NCBI GenBank assembly: GCA_964016885.1
Contig: OZ024743.1
Location: forward strand, 140,120,001-140,184,000
Direction of reading: 5' to 3'
DNA length: 64,000 nt
DNA from: Eledone cirrhosa
Taxonomy: Eukaryota
Position numbers and translations under genes: made by a program. The notes beneath the pieces are model-generated. The model had not been told where the DNA came from. It did no database searches and saw only the letters and a list, made by a program, of their open reading frames with translations. Positions 36,275 to 49,000 of the stretch are shown here, in pieces. Positions within the stretch are counted from its first letter, which is position 1. Each line of letters starts with the position of its first letter.

Positions 36275-39200
36275 GTGTTTGATGCTTCGTGTTTGATGCT
36301 TGGTGCTTGGTGCTGGGTGTTTGGTGCTTGGTGCTTGGTGTTTGTACTTGGTGCTTGGTGCTTGGTGTTTGGTGCTTGGTTCTTGGTGTTTGGTGCTTGG
36401 TGTTTGGTGCTTGGTGCTTGGTGTTTGGTGTTTGGTGCTTGGTGTTTGGTGCTTGGTGCTTGGGGCTTGGTGTTTGGCGCTTGGTGCTTGGTGTTTGGTG
36501 CTTGGTGCTTGGTGTTTGGTGTTTGGTGTTTGGTGCTTGGTGCTTGGTGTTTGGTGCTTCGTGGTTGGTGTTAGGTGTTTGGTGCTTGGTGCTTGGTGTT
36601 TTGTCCTTCGTGCTTGGTGCTTGGTGTTTGGTGCTTGGTGCTTGGTGTTAGGTGTTTGGTGCTTGGGGCTTGGTGTTTGGTGCTTGGTGCTGCTGCTTGG
36701 TGTTTGGTGCTTGGTGATTGCTGCTTGGTGTTTGGTGCTTGGTGTTTGGTGTTTGGTGTTTGGTGCTTGGGGCTTGGTGTTTGGTGCTAGGTGCTTGGTG
36801 CTTGGTGTTTGATGCTTGGTGTTTGGTGTTTGGTGTTTGGTGCTTGGTGCTTGGTGTTTGGTGCTTGGTGCTTGGTGCTGGGTGGTTGGTGTTTGGTGCT
36901 TGGTGCTTGGTGTTTGGTGCTTGGTGCTTGGTGTTTGGTTCTTGGTGCTTGGTGCTTGGTCCTTGGTGTTTGGTGTTTAGTGCTTGGTGCTTGGTGTTTA
37001 GTGCTTGGTGCTTGGTGCTTGGTGTTTAGTGCTTAGTGCTTGGTGCATTGTGATTAGAGTTTGGTGCTTGGTGCTTGGGGTTTGGTGTTTGGTGCTTGGT
37101 GCTTGGTGTTTGGTGCTTGGAACTTGGTGTTTGGTGCTTGGTGTTTGCTGTTTGCTGTTTAGTGTTTGGTGTTTGGTGTTTGGGGTTTGCTGTTTGGTGT
37201 CTGCTTTTTGGTGTTTGGTGTTTGCTCTATGGTGTTTGCTGTTTCATGTTTGGTGTTTGCTGTTTGGTGTTTGCTGTTTGGTGTTTGGTCTTTGGTGCTT
37301 GGTGTTTGGTGTTTGGTGCTTGGTGCTTGGTGTTTGGTGCTTGGTGCTTGGTGCCTGGTTCTTGTTGTTTGGTGATTGGTGGTTGGTGTTTGCTGTTTGC
37401 TGTTTGGTGTTTGGTGTTTGGTGTTTGCTGTTTGGTGTTTGGTGCTTGGTGCTTCGTGCTTGGTGTTTTGTGCTTGGTGCTTAGTGTTTGGTGTTTGGTG
37501 CTTGGTGCCTGGTGCTTGTTGTTTGGTGCATGGTGTTTGGTGCTTGCTGTTTGGTTCTTGGTGCTTGGTGCTTTGTCCTTGGTGTTTGGTCTTTAGTGCT
37601 TTGTGCTTGGTGCTTGGTGTTTAGTGCTTGGTGCTTGGTGCATTGTGATTAGTGTTTGGTGCTTGGTGCTTGGGGATTGGTGTTTGGTGCTTGGTGCTTG
37701 GTGTTTGGTGCTTGGAACTTGGTGTTTGGTGCTTGGTGTTTGCTGTTTGGTGTCTGCTTTTTGGTGTTTGGTGTTTGTTGTTTCATGTTTGGTGTTTGCT
37801 GTTTGGTGTTTGGTGCTTGGTGTTTGGTGCTTGTTGCTTGGTGTTTGATGCTTCGTGTTTGATGCTTGGTGCTTGGTGCTGGGTGTTTGGTGCTTGGTGC
37901 TTGGTGTTTGTACTTGGTGCTTGGTGCTTGGTGTTTGGTGCTTGGTTCTTGGTGTTTGGTGCTTGGTGTTTGGTGCTTGGTGCTTGGTGTTTGGTGTTTG
38001 GTGCTTGGTGTTTGGTGCTTGGTGCTTGGGGCTTGGTGTTTGGCGCTTGGTGCTTGGTGTTTGGTGCTTGGTGCTTGGTGTTTGGTGTTTGGTGTTTGGT
38101 GCTTGGTGCTTGGTGTTTGGTGCTTCGTGGTTGGTGTTAGGTGTTTGGTGCTTGGTGCTTGGTGTTTTGTCCTTCGTGCTTGGTGCTTGGTGTTTGGTGC
38201 TTGGTGCTTGGTGTTAGGTGTTTGGTGCTTGGGGCTTGGTGTTTGGTGCTTGGTGCTGCTGCTTGGTGTTTGGTGCTTGGTGATTGCTGCTTGGTGTTTG
38301 GTGCTTGGTGTTTGGTGTTTGGTGTTTGGTGCTTGGGGCTTGGTGTTTGGTGCTAGGTGCTTGGTGCTTGGTGTTTGATGCTTGGTGTTTGGTGTTTGGT
38401 GTTTGGTGCTTGGTGCTTGGTGTTTGGTGCTTGGTGCTTGGTGCTGGGTGGTTGGTGTTTGGTGCTTGGTGCTTGGTGTTTGGTGCTTGGTGCTTGGTGT
38501 TTGGTTCTTGGTGCTTGGTGCTTGGTCCTTGGTGTTTGGTGTTTAGTGCTTGGTGCTTGGTGTTTAGTGCTTGGTGCTTGGTGCTTGGTGTTTAGTGCTT
38601 AGTGCTTGGTGCATTGTGATTAGAGTTTGGTGCTTGGTGCTTGGGGTTTGGTGTTTGGTGCTTGGTGCTTGGTGTTTGGTGCTTGGAACTTGGTGTTTGG
38701 TGCTTGGTGTTTGCTGTTTGCTGTTTAGTGTTTGGTGTTTGGTGTTTGGGGTTTGCTGTTTGGTGTCTGCTTTTTGGTGTTTGGTGTTTGCTCTATGGTG
38801 TTTGCTGTTTCATGTTTGGTGTTTGCTGTTTGGTGTTTGCTGTTTGGTGTTTGGTCTTTGGTGCTTGGTGTTTGGTGTTTGGTGCTTGGTGCTTGGTGTT
38901 TGGTGCTTGGTGCTTGGTGCCTGGTTCTTGTTGTTTGGTGATTGGTGGTTGGTGTTTGCTGTTTGCTGTTTGGTGTTTGGTGTTTGGTGTTTGCTGTTTG
39001 GTGTTTGGTGCTTGGTGCTTCGTGCTTGGTGTTTTGTGCTTGGTGCTTAGTGTTTGGTGTTTGGTGCTTGGTGCCTGGTGCTTGTTGTTTGGTGCATGGT
39101 GTTTGGTGCTTGCTGTTTGGTTCTTGGTGCTTGGTGCTTTGTCCTTGGTGTTTGGTCTTTAGTGCTTTGTGCTTGGTGCTTGGTGTTTAGTGCTTGGTGC

Positions 39201-39380
39201 TTGGTGCATTGTGATTAGTGTTTGGTGCTTGGTGCTTGGGGATTGGTGTTTGGTGCTTGGTGCTTGGTGTTTGGTGCTTGGAACTTGGTGTTTGGTGCTT
39301 GGTGTTTGCTGTTTGGTGTCTGCTTTTTGGTGTTTGGTGTTTGTTGTTTCATGTTTGGTGTTTGCTGTTTGGTGTTTGGT
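36275..39380. repeat. Array 2 tandem duplication, 1,566-bp unit
   Basis: ORF pairs 36289/37855, 36575/38141, 37005/38571 and 37376/38942 are identical and differ by 1,566. Pair 37603/39169 starts at the same offset. Confidence 0.92.
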
Positions 39381-42300
39381 GCTTGGTGTTTGGTGTTTGG
39401 TGCTTGGTGCTTGGTGTTTGGTGTTTGATGCTTGGTGCTTGGTGCTTGGTGTTTGGTGCTTGGTGCCTGGTGCTTGTTGTTTGGTGCTTGGTGTTTGGTG
39501 TTTGGTGTTTGGTGCTTGGAGCTTGGTGCTTGGTGCTTGGTGCTTGGTGTTTGGTGCTTGGTGATTGGTGCTTGGTGTTTGGTGCTGGGTGCTTGGTGTT
39601 TGGTGCTTGGTGCTTGGTGCTTGGTATTTGGTGTTTGGTGTTTGATGCTTGGTGTTTGATGCTTGCTGCTTCGTGCTTGGTGCTTGATGCTTGCTGTTTG
39701 TACTTGGTGCTTGGGTTTTTTGTGCTTGGTTCTTGGTGTTTGGTGCTTGGTGTTTGGTGCTTGGTGCTTGGTGTTTGGTGCTTGGTGTTTGGTGTTTGGT
39801 GCTTGGTGTTTGGTGCTTGGTGCTTGGTGCTTGGTGTTAGGTGTTTGGTGCTTCATGCTTGGTGCTTGGTGTTTGGTGCTTGGTGCTTGGTGTTTGGTGC
39901 TTGGTGCCTGGTGCAAGGTGTTTGTTGCTTGGTGCTTGGTGTTTGGTGTTTGGTGCTTGGTGCTTGGGGCTTGGTGTTTGGTGCTTGGTGCTTGGTGCCT
40001 GGTGCTTGGTGTTTGGTGTTTGGTGCTTGGTGTTTGGTGCTTGGTGCTTGGTGCTTGGTGTTAGGTGTTTGGTGCTTGGTGCTTGGTGTTTTATGCTTGG
40101 TGCTTGGTGTTTGGTGCTTGGTGCTTGGTGTTTGGTGCTTGGTGCTTGGTGTTTCGTGTTTGGTGCTTGGTGCTTGGTGTTAGGTGTTTGGTGCTTGGTG
40201 CTTGGTGTTTGGTGTTTGGTCCTTGGTGCTTGGTGTTTGGTGCTTTGTGCTTGGTGTTTGTTGTTTGGTGCTTTCTGCTTGCTGCTTGGTGTTTGCTGCT
40301 TGGTGCTTGGTGTTTGGTGCTTGTTGCTTGGTGTTTGATGCTTCGTGTTTGATGCTTGGTGCTTGGTGCTGGGTGTTTGGTGCTTGGTGCTTGGTGTTTG
40401 TACTTGGTGCTTGGTGCTTGGTGTTTGGTGCTTGGTTCTTGGTGTTTGGTGCTTGGTGTTTGGTGCTTGGTGCTTGGTGTTTGGTGTTTGGTGCTTGGTG
40501 TTTGGTGCTTGGTGCTTGGGGCTTGGTGTTTGGCGCTTGGTGCTTGGTGTTTGGTGCTTGGTGCTTGGTGTTTGGTGTTTGGTGTTTGGTGCTTGGTGCT
40601 TGGTGTTTGGTGCTTCGTGGTTGGTGTTAGGTGTTTGGTGCTTGGTGCTTGGTGTTTTGTCCTTCGTGCTTGGTGCTTGGTGTTTGGTGCTTGGTGCTTG
40701 GTGTTAGGTGTTTGGTGCTTGGGGCTTGGTGTTTGGTGCTTGGTGCTGCTGCTTGGTGTTTGGTGCTTGGTGATTGCTGCTTGGTGTTTGGTGCTTGGTG
40801 TTTGGTGTTTGGTGTTTGGTGCTTGGGGTTTGGTGTTTGGTGCTTGGTGCTTGGTGCTTGGTGTTTGATGCTTGGTGTTTGGTGTTTGGTGTTTGGTGCT
40901 TGGTGCTTGGTGTTTGGTGCTTGGTGCTTGGTGCTGGGTGGTTGGTGTTTGGTGCTTGGTGCTTGGTGTTTGGTGCTTGGTGCTTGGTGTTTGGTCCTTG
41001 GTGCTTGGTGCTTGGTCCTTGGTGTTTGGTGTTTAGTGCTTGGTGCTTGGTGCTTGGTGTTTAGTGCTTGGTGCTTGGTGCTTGGTGTTTAGTGCTTAGT
41101 GCTTGGTGCATTGTGATTAGAGTTTGGTGCTTGGTGCTTGGGGTTTGGTGTTTGGTGCTTGGTGCTTGGTGTTTGGTGCTTGGAACTTGGTGTTTGGTGC
41201 TTGGTGTTTGCTGTTTGCTGTTTAGTGTTTGGTGTTTGGTGTTTGGGGTTTGCTGTTTGGTGTCTGCTTTTTGGTGTTTGGTGTTTGCTCTATGGTGTTT
41301 GCTGTTTCATGTTTGGTGTTTGCTGTTTGGTGTTTGCTGTTTGGTGTTTGGTGTTTGGTGCTTGGTGTTTGGTGTTTGGTGCTTGGTGCTTGGTGTTTGG
41401 TGCTTGCTGTTTGGTTCTTGGTGCTTGGTGCTTTGTCCTTGGTGTTTGGTCTTTAGTGCTTTGTGCTTGGTGCTTGGTGTTTAGTGCTTGGTGCTTGGTG
41501 CATTGTGATTAGTGTTTGGTGCTTGGTGCTTGGGGATTGGTGTTTGGTGCTTGGTGCTTGGTGTTTGGTGCTTGGAACTTGGTGTTTGGTGCTTGGTGTT
41601 TGCTGTTTGGTGTCTGCTTTTTGGTGTTTGGTGTTTGTTGTTTCATGTTTGGTGTTTGCTGTTTGGTGTTTGGTGCTTGGTGTTTGGTGTTTGGTGCTTG
41701 GTGCTTGGTGTTTGGTGTTTGATGCTTGGTGCTTGGTGCTTGGTGTTTGGTGCTTGGTGCCTGGTGCTTGTTGTTTGGTGCTTGGTGTTTGGTGTTTGGT
41801 GTTTGGTGCTTGGAGCTTGGTGCTTGGTGCTTGGTGCTTGGTGTTTGGTGCTTGGTGATTGGTGCTTGGTGTTTGGTGCTGGGTGCTTGGTGTTTGGTGC
41901 TTGGTGCTTGGTGCTTGGTATTTGGTGTTTGGTGTTTGATGCTTGGTGTTTGATGCTTGCTGCTTCGTGCTTGGTGCTTGATGCTTGCTGTTTGTACTTG
42001 GTGCTTGGGTTTTTTGTGCTTGGTTCTTGGTGTTTGGTGCTTGGTGTTTGGTGCTTGGTGCTTGGTGTTTGGTGCTTGGTGTTTGGTGTTTGGTGCTTGG
42101 TGTTTGGTGCTTGGTGCTTGGTGCTTGGTGTTAGGTGTTTGGTGCTTCATGCTTGGTGCTTGGTGTTTGGTGCTTGGTGCTTGGTGTTTGGTGCTTGGTG
42201 CCTGGTGCAAGGTGTTTGTTGCTTGGTGCTTGGTGTTTGGTGTTTGGTGCTTGGTGCTTGGGGCTTGGTGTTTGGTGCTTGGTGCTTGGTGCCTGGTGCT

Positions 42301-45300
42301 TGGTGTTTGGTGTTTGGTGCTTGGTGTTTGGTGCTTGGTGCTTGGTGCTTGGTGTTAGGTGTTTGGTGCTTGGTGCTTGGTGTTTTATGCTTGGTGCTTG
42401 GTGTTTGGTGCTTGGTGCTTGGTGTTTGGTGCTTGGTGCTTGGTGTTTCGTGTTTGGTGCTTGGTGCTTGGTGTTAGGTGTTTGGTGCTTGGTGCTTGGT
42501 GTTTGGTGTTTGGTCCTTGGTGCTTGGTGTTTGGTGCTTTGTGCTTGGTGTTTGTTGTTTGGTGCTTTCTGCTTGCTGCTTGGTGTTTGCTGCTTGGTGC
42601 TTGGTGTTTGGTGCTTGTTGCTTGGTGTTTGATGCTTCGTGTTTGATGCTTGGTGCTTGGTGCTGGGTGTTTGGTGCTTGGTGCTTGGTGTTTGTACTTG
42701 GTGCTTGGTGCTTGGTGTTTGGTGCTTGGTTCTTGGTGTTTGGTGCTTGGTGTTTGGTGCTTGGTGCTTGGTGTTTGGTGTTTGGTGCTTGGTGTTTGGT
42801 GCTTGGTGCTTGGGGCTTGGTGTTTGGCGCTTGGTGCTTGGTGTTTGGTGCTTGGTGCTTGGTGTTTGGTGTTTGGTGTTTGGTGCTTGGTGCTTGGTGT
42901 TTGGTGCTTCGTGGTTGGTGTTAGGTGTTTGGTGCTTGGTGCTTGGTGTTTTGTCCTTCGTGCTTGGTGCTTGGTGTTTGGTGCTTGGTGCTTGGTGTTA
43001 GGTGTTTGGTGCTTGGGGCTTGGTGTTTGGTGCTTGGTGCTGCTGCTTGGTGTTTGGTGCTTGGTGATTGCTGCTTGGTGTTTGGTGCTTGGTGTTTGGT
43101 GTTTGGTGTTTGGTGCTTGGGGTTTGGTGTTTGGTGCTTGGTGCTTGGTGCTTGGTGTTTGATGCTTGGTGTTTGGTGTTTGGTGTTTGGTGCTTGGTGC
43201 TTGGTGTTTGGTGCTTGGTGCTTGGTGCTGGGTGGTTGGTGTTTGGTGCTTGGTGCTTGGTGTTTGGTGCTTGGTGCTTGGTGTTTGGTCCTTGGTGCTT
43301 GGTGCTTGGTCCTTGGTGTTTGGTGTTTAGTGCTTGGTGCTTGGTGCTTGGTGTTTAGTGCTTGGTGCTTGGTGCTTGGTGTTTAGTGCTTAGTGCTTGG
43401 TGCATTGTGATTAGAGTTTGGTGCTTGGTGCTTGGGGTTTGGTGTTTGGTGCTTGGTGCTTGGTGTTTGGTGCTTGGAACTTGGTGTTTGGTGCTTGGTG
43501 TTTGCTGTTTGCTGTTTAGTGTTTGGTGTTTGGTGTTTGGGGTTTGCTGTTTGGTGTCTGCTTTTTGGTGTTTGGTGTTTGCTCTATGGTGTTTGCTGTT
43601 TCATGTTTGGTGTTTGCTGTTTGGTGTTTGCTGTTTGGTGTTTGGTGTTTGGTGCTTGGTGTTTGGTGTTTGGTGCTTGGTGCTTGGTGTTTGGTGCTTG
43701 GCGCTTGGTGCCTGGTGCTTGTTGTTTGGTGATTGGTGGTTGGTGTTTGCTGTTTGCTGTTTGGTGTTTGGTGTTTGGTGTTTGCTGTTTGGTGTTTGGT
43801 GCTTGGTGCTTCGTGCTTGGTGTGTTGTGCTTGGTGCTTGGTGTTTGGTGTTTGGTGCTTGGTGCCTGGTGCTTGTTGTTTGGTGCATGGTGTTTGGTGC
43901 TTGGTGTTTGGTGCTTGGTGCTTGGTGTTTGGTGTTTGGTGTTTGGTGCTTGGTGCTTGGTTTTTGGTGCTTGGTGCTTGGTGCTGGGTGGTTGGTGTTT
44001 GGTGCTTGGTGCTTGGTGTTTGGTGCTTGCTGCTTGCTGTTTGGTTCTTGGTGCTTGGTGCTTTGTCCTTGGTGTTTGGTCTTTAGTGCTTTGTGCTTGG
44101 TGCTTGGTGTTTAGTGCTTGGTGCTTGGTGCATTGTGATTAGTGTTTGGTGCTTGGTGCTTGGGGATTGGTGTTTGGTGCTTGGTGCTTGGTGTTTGGTG
44201 CTTGGAACTTGCTGTTTGGTGCTTGGTGTTTGCTGTTTGGTGTCTGCTTTTTGGTGTTTGGTGTTTGCTCTATGGTGTTTGCTGTTTCATGTTTGGTGTT
44301 TGCTGTTTGGTGTTTGGTGCTAGGTGTTTGGTGTTTGGTGCTTGGTGCTTGGTGTTTGGTCTTTGATGCTTGGTGCTTGGTGCTTGGTGTTTGGTGCTTG
44401 GTGCCTGGTGCTTGTTGTTTGGTGCTTGGTGTTTGGTGTTTGGTGTTTGGTGCTTGGAGCTTGGTGCTTGGTGCTTGGTGCTTGGTGTTTGGTGCTTGTT
44501 GATTGGTGCTTGGTGTTTGGTGCTGGGTGCTTGGTGTTTGGTGCTTGGTGCTTGGTGCTTGGTATTTGGTGTTTGGTGTTTGATGCTTGGTGTTTGATGC
44601 TTGCTGCTTCGTGCTTGGTGCTTGATGCTTGCTGTTTGTACTTGGTGCTTGGGTTTTTTGTGCTTGGTACTTGGTGTTTGGTGCTTGGTGTTTGGTGCTT
44701 GGTGCTTGGTGTTTGGTGCTTGGTGTTTGGTGTTTGGTGCTTGGTGTTTGGTGCTTGGTGCTTGGTGCTTGGTGTTAGGTGTTTGGTGCTTCATGCTTGG
44801 TGCTTGGTGTTTGGTGATTGGTGCTTGGTGTTTGGTGCTTGGTGCCTGGTGCAAGGTGTTTGTTGCTTGGTGCTTGGTGTTTGGTGTTTGGTGCTTGGTG
44901 CTTGGGGCTTGGTGTTTGGTGCTTGGTGCTTGGTGCTTGGTGCTTGGTGTTTGGTGTTTGGTGCTTGGTGTTTGGTGCTTGGTGCTTGGTGCTTGGTGTT
45001 AGGTGTTTGGTGCTTGGTGCTTGGTGTTTTATGCTTGGTGCTTGGTGTTTGGTGCTTGGTGCTTGGTGTTTGGTGCTTGGTGCTTGGTGTTTCGTGTTTG
45101 GTGCTTGGTGCTTGGTGTTAGGTGTTTGGTGCTTGGTGCTTGGTGTTTGGTGTTTGGTCCTTGGGGCTTGGTGTTTGGTGCTTTGTGCTTGGTGTTTGTT
45201 GTTTGGTGCTTTCTGCTTGCTGCTTGGTGTTTGCTGCTTGGTGCTTGGTGTTTGGTGCTTGTTGCTTGGTGTTTGGTGTTTGGTGTTTGATGCTTGGTGT

Positions 45301-46090
45301 TTGATGCTTCGTGTTTGATGCTTGGTGCTTGGTGCTGGGTGTTTGGTGCTTGGTGCTTGGTGTTTGTACTTGGTGCTTGGTGCTTGGTGTTTGGTGCTTG
45401 GTTCTTGGTGTTTGGTGCTTGGTGTTTGGTGCTTGGTGCTTGGTGTTTGGTGTTTGGTGCTTGGTGTTTGGTGCTTGGTGCTTGGGGCTTGGTGTTTGGC
45501 GCTTGGTGCTTGGTGTTTGGTGCTTGGTGCTTGGTGTTTGGTGTTTGGAGTTTGGTGCTTGGTGCTTGGTGTTTGGTGCTTCGTGGTTGGTGTTAGGTGT
45601 TTGGTGCTTGGTGCTTGGTGTTTTGTCCTTCGTGCTTGGTGCTTGGTGTTTGGTGCTTGGTGCTTGGTGTTAGGTGTTTGGTGCTTGGGGCTTGGTGTTT
45701 GGTGCTTGGTGCTGCTGCTTGGTGTTTGGTGCTTGGTGATTGCTGCTTGGTGTTTGGTGCTTGGTGTTTGGTGTTTGGTGTTTGGTGTTTGGTGCTTGGG
45801 GCTTGGTGTTTGGTGCTTGGTGCTTGGTGCTTGGTGTTTGATGCTTGGTGTTTGGTGTTTGGTGTTTGGTGCTTGGTGCTTGGTGTTTGGTGCTTGGTGC
45901 TTGGTGCTGGGTGGTTGGTGTTTGGTGCTAGGTGCTTGGTGTTTGGTGCTTGGTGCTTGGTGTTTGGTTCTTGGTGCTTGGTGTTTGGTGCTTGGTGTTT
46001 GGTGTTTGGTGCTTGCTGCTTGCTGTTTGGTTCTTGGTGCTTGGTGCTTTGTCCTTGGTGTTTGGTCTTTAGTGCTTTGTGCTTGGTGTT
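39100..46090. repeat. Array 2 HOR: 2,294-bp tandem pair followed by a longer (~2.63-2.67-kb offset) third copy
   Basis: ORF pairs 39215/41509, 39663/41957, 40345/42639 and 40631/42925 are identical and differ by 2,294. Pairs 41463/44093, 41957/44601 and 42639/45311 differ by 2,630-2,672. The marker GGTGCAAGG occurs once per copy. Confidence 0.9.
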
Positions 46091-46094
46091 TGGT

Positions 46095-49000
46095 GTTTAG
46101 TGCTTGGTGCTTGGTGCATTGTGATTAGTGTTTGGTGCTTGGTGCTTGGGGATTGGTGTTTGGTGCTTGGCGCTTGGTGTTTGGTGCTTGGAACTTGGTG
46201 TTTGGTGCTTGGTGTTTGCTGTTTGGTGTCTGCTTTTTGGTGTTTGGTGTTTGCTCTATGGTGTTTGCTGTTTCATGTTTGGTGTTTGCTGTTTGGTGCT
46301 TGGTGTTTGGTGTTTGGTGTTTGGTGCTTGGTGTTTGGTGTTTGGTGCTTGGTGCTTGGTGTTTGGTGTTTGATGCTTGGTGCTTGGTGCTTAGTGTTTG
46401 GTGCTTGGTGCCTGGTGCTTGTTGTTTGGTGCTTGGTGTTTGGTGTTTGGTGTTTGGTGCTTGGAGCTTGGTGCTTGGTGCTTGGTGCTTGGTGTTTGGT
46501 GCTTGGTGATTGGTGCTTGGTGTTTGGTGCTGGGTGCTTGGTGTTTGGTGCTTTGTGCTTGGTGCTTGGTATTTGGTGTTTGGTGTTTGATGCTTGGTGT
46601 TTGATGCTTGCTGCTTCGTGCTTGGTGCTTGATGCTTGCTGTTTGTACTTGGTGCTTGGGTTTTTTGTGCTTGGTTCTTGGTGTTTGGTGCTTGGTGTTT
46701 GGTGCTTGGTGCTTGGTGTTTGGTGCTTGGTGTTTGGTGTTTGGTGCTTGGTGTTTGGTGCTTGGTGCTTGGTGCTTGGTGTTAGGTGTTTGGTGCTTCA
46801 TGCTTGGTGCTTGGTGTTTGGTGCTTGGTGCTTGGTGTTTGGTGCTTGGTGCCTGGTGCAAGGTGTTTGTTGCTTGGTGCTTTGTGTTTGGTGTTTGGTG
46901 CTTGGTGTTTGGTGCTTGGTGCTTGGTGTTAGGTGTTAGGTGTTTGGTGCTTGGTGCTTGGTGTTTGGTGCTTGGTGCTTGGTGTTTGGTGTTTGGTGCT
47001 TGCTGCTTGCTGCTTGGTGTTTGGTGCTTGGTGATTGGTGCTTGGTGTTTGGTGCTTGGTGCTTGGTTTGGTGTTTGGTGCTAGGTGCTTGGTGCTTGGT
47101 GCTTGGTGTTTGGTGCTTGGTGTTTGGTGCTTGGTACTTGGGGCTTGGTGTTTGGTGCTTGGTGCTTCGTGCTTGGTGTTTGCTGCTTGGTGCTTGGTGT
47201 TTGGTGTTTGGTGCTTGGTCTTTGGTGCTTGGTGTTTGGTGCTTGGTGCTTGGTGCTTGGTGTTAGGTGTTAGGTGTTTGGTGCTTGGTGCTTGGTGTTT
47301 GGTGCTTGGTGCTTGGTGTTTGGTGTTTGGTGCTTGCTGCTTGCTGCTTGGTGTTTGGTGCTTGGTGATTGGTGCTTGGTGTTTGGTGCTTGATGCTTGG
47401 TTTGGTGTTTGGTTCTAGGTGCTTGGTGCTTGGTGCTTGGTGCTGGGTGGTTGGCGTTCGGTGCTTGGTGCTTGGTGTTTGGTGCTTGGTGCTTGATGCT
47501 TGGTGCTTGGTGTTTGGTGTTTGGTGTTTGGTGCTTGGTGCTTGGTGTTTGGTGCTTGGTGCTGGGTGGTTGGTGTTTGGTGCTTGGTGCTTGGTGTTTT
47601 GTGCTAGGTGCATGGTGCCTGGTGTTTGGTGCTTGGTGCTTGGTGCTTGGTCTTTGGTGTTTGGTGTTTAGTGCTTGGTGCTTGGTGCTTGGTGCTTGGT
47701 GCTTGGTGCTTGGTCCTTGGTGTTTGGTGCTTGGTGCTTGGTGTTTGGTGTTTGGTGCTTGGTGCTTGGTGCTTCGTGTTTGGTGTTTGGTGCTTGGTGT
47801 CTGGAGCTTGGTGTTTGGTGTTTGGTGCTTGGTGCTTGGTGTTTGGTGCTTGGTGCTTGGTGCTTGGTGTTTGGTACTTGGTGCTTGGTGCTTGGTCTTT
47901 GGTGCTTGGTGTTTGGTGTTTGGTGCCTGGTGCTTTGTGTTTGGTGCTTGGTGATTAGTGTTTGGTGTTGGTACTTGGTGTTTGGTGCTTGGTGTTTGGT
48001 GTTTGCTGTTTGGTGTTTGGTGTTTGCTGTTTGCTGTTTGGTGTCTGCTTTTTGGTGTTTGGTGTTTGCTGTATGGTGTTTGCTGTTTCGTGTTTGGTGT
48101 TTGCTGTTTGGTGTTTGGTGTTTGCTGTTTGGTGTTTGGTCTTTGGTGCTTGGTGTTTGGTGCTTGGTGCTTGGTGTTTGGTGTTTGGTGCTTGGTGCTT
48201 GGTGCTTGGTGTTTGGTGCTTGGTGTCTGGTGCTTGGTGTCTGGTGCTTGGTGTTTGGTGTTTGGTGTTTGGTGCTTGGTGTTTGGTGTTTGGTGTTTGG
48301 TGTTTGGTGCTTGTTGCTTGGTGCTTGGTGCTTGGTGTTTGGTGTTTGGTGCTTGGTGTTTTATGCTTGGTGTTTGATGTTTGGTGCTTGGTGCTTGGTG
48401 TTTGGTGCTTGGTGCTTGGTGTTTCTACTTGGTGCTTGGTGCTTGGTGTTTGGTTCTAGGTTCTTGGTGTTTGGTACTTGGTACTTGGTGCTTGGTGTTT
48501 GGTGCTTGGTGCTTGGAGTTTGGTGTTTGGTGCTTGGTGCTTGGTGTTTTGTGTTTGGTGTTTGGTTTTTGGTGCTTGGTGCTTGGTGCTTGGTGCTTGG
48601 TCCTTGGTGTTTGGTGCTCGGTGCTTGGTGTTTGTACTTGGTGCTTGGTGCTTGGTGTTTGGTTCTTGGTTCTTGGTGTTTGGTACTTGGTGCTTGGTGC
48701 TTGGTGTTTGGTGCTTGGTGCTTGGTGTTTGGTGTTTGGTGTTTGGTGCTTGGTGCTTGGTGTTTGGTGCTTGGTGCTTGGTGCTGGGTGGTTGGTATTT
48801 GGTGCTTGGTGCTTGGTGTTTGGTGCTTGGTGCTTGGTGCTTGGTGTTTGGTGCCTGGTGCTTGGTGCTTGGTCTTTGGTGCTTGGTGTTTGGTGTTTGG
48901 TGCTTGGTGCTTTGTGTTTGGTGCTTGGTGATTAGTGTTTGGTGCTTGGTACTTGGTGTTTGGTGCTTGGTGTTTGGTGTTTGGTGTTTGCTGTTTGGTG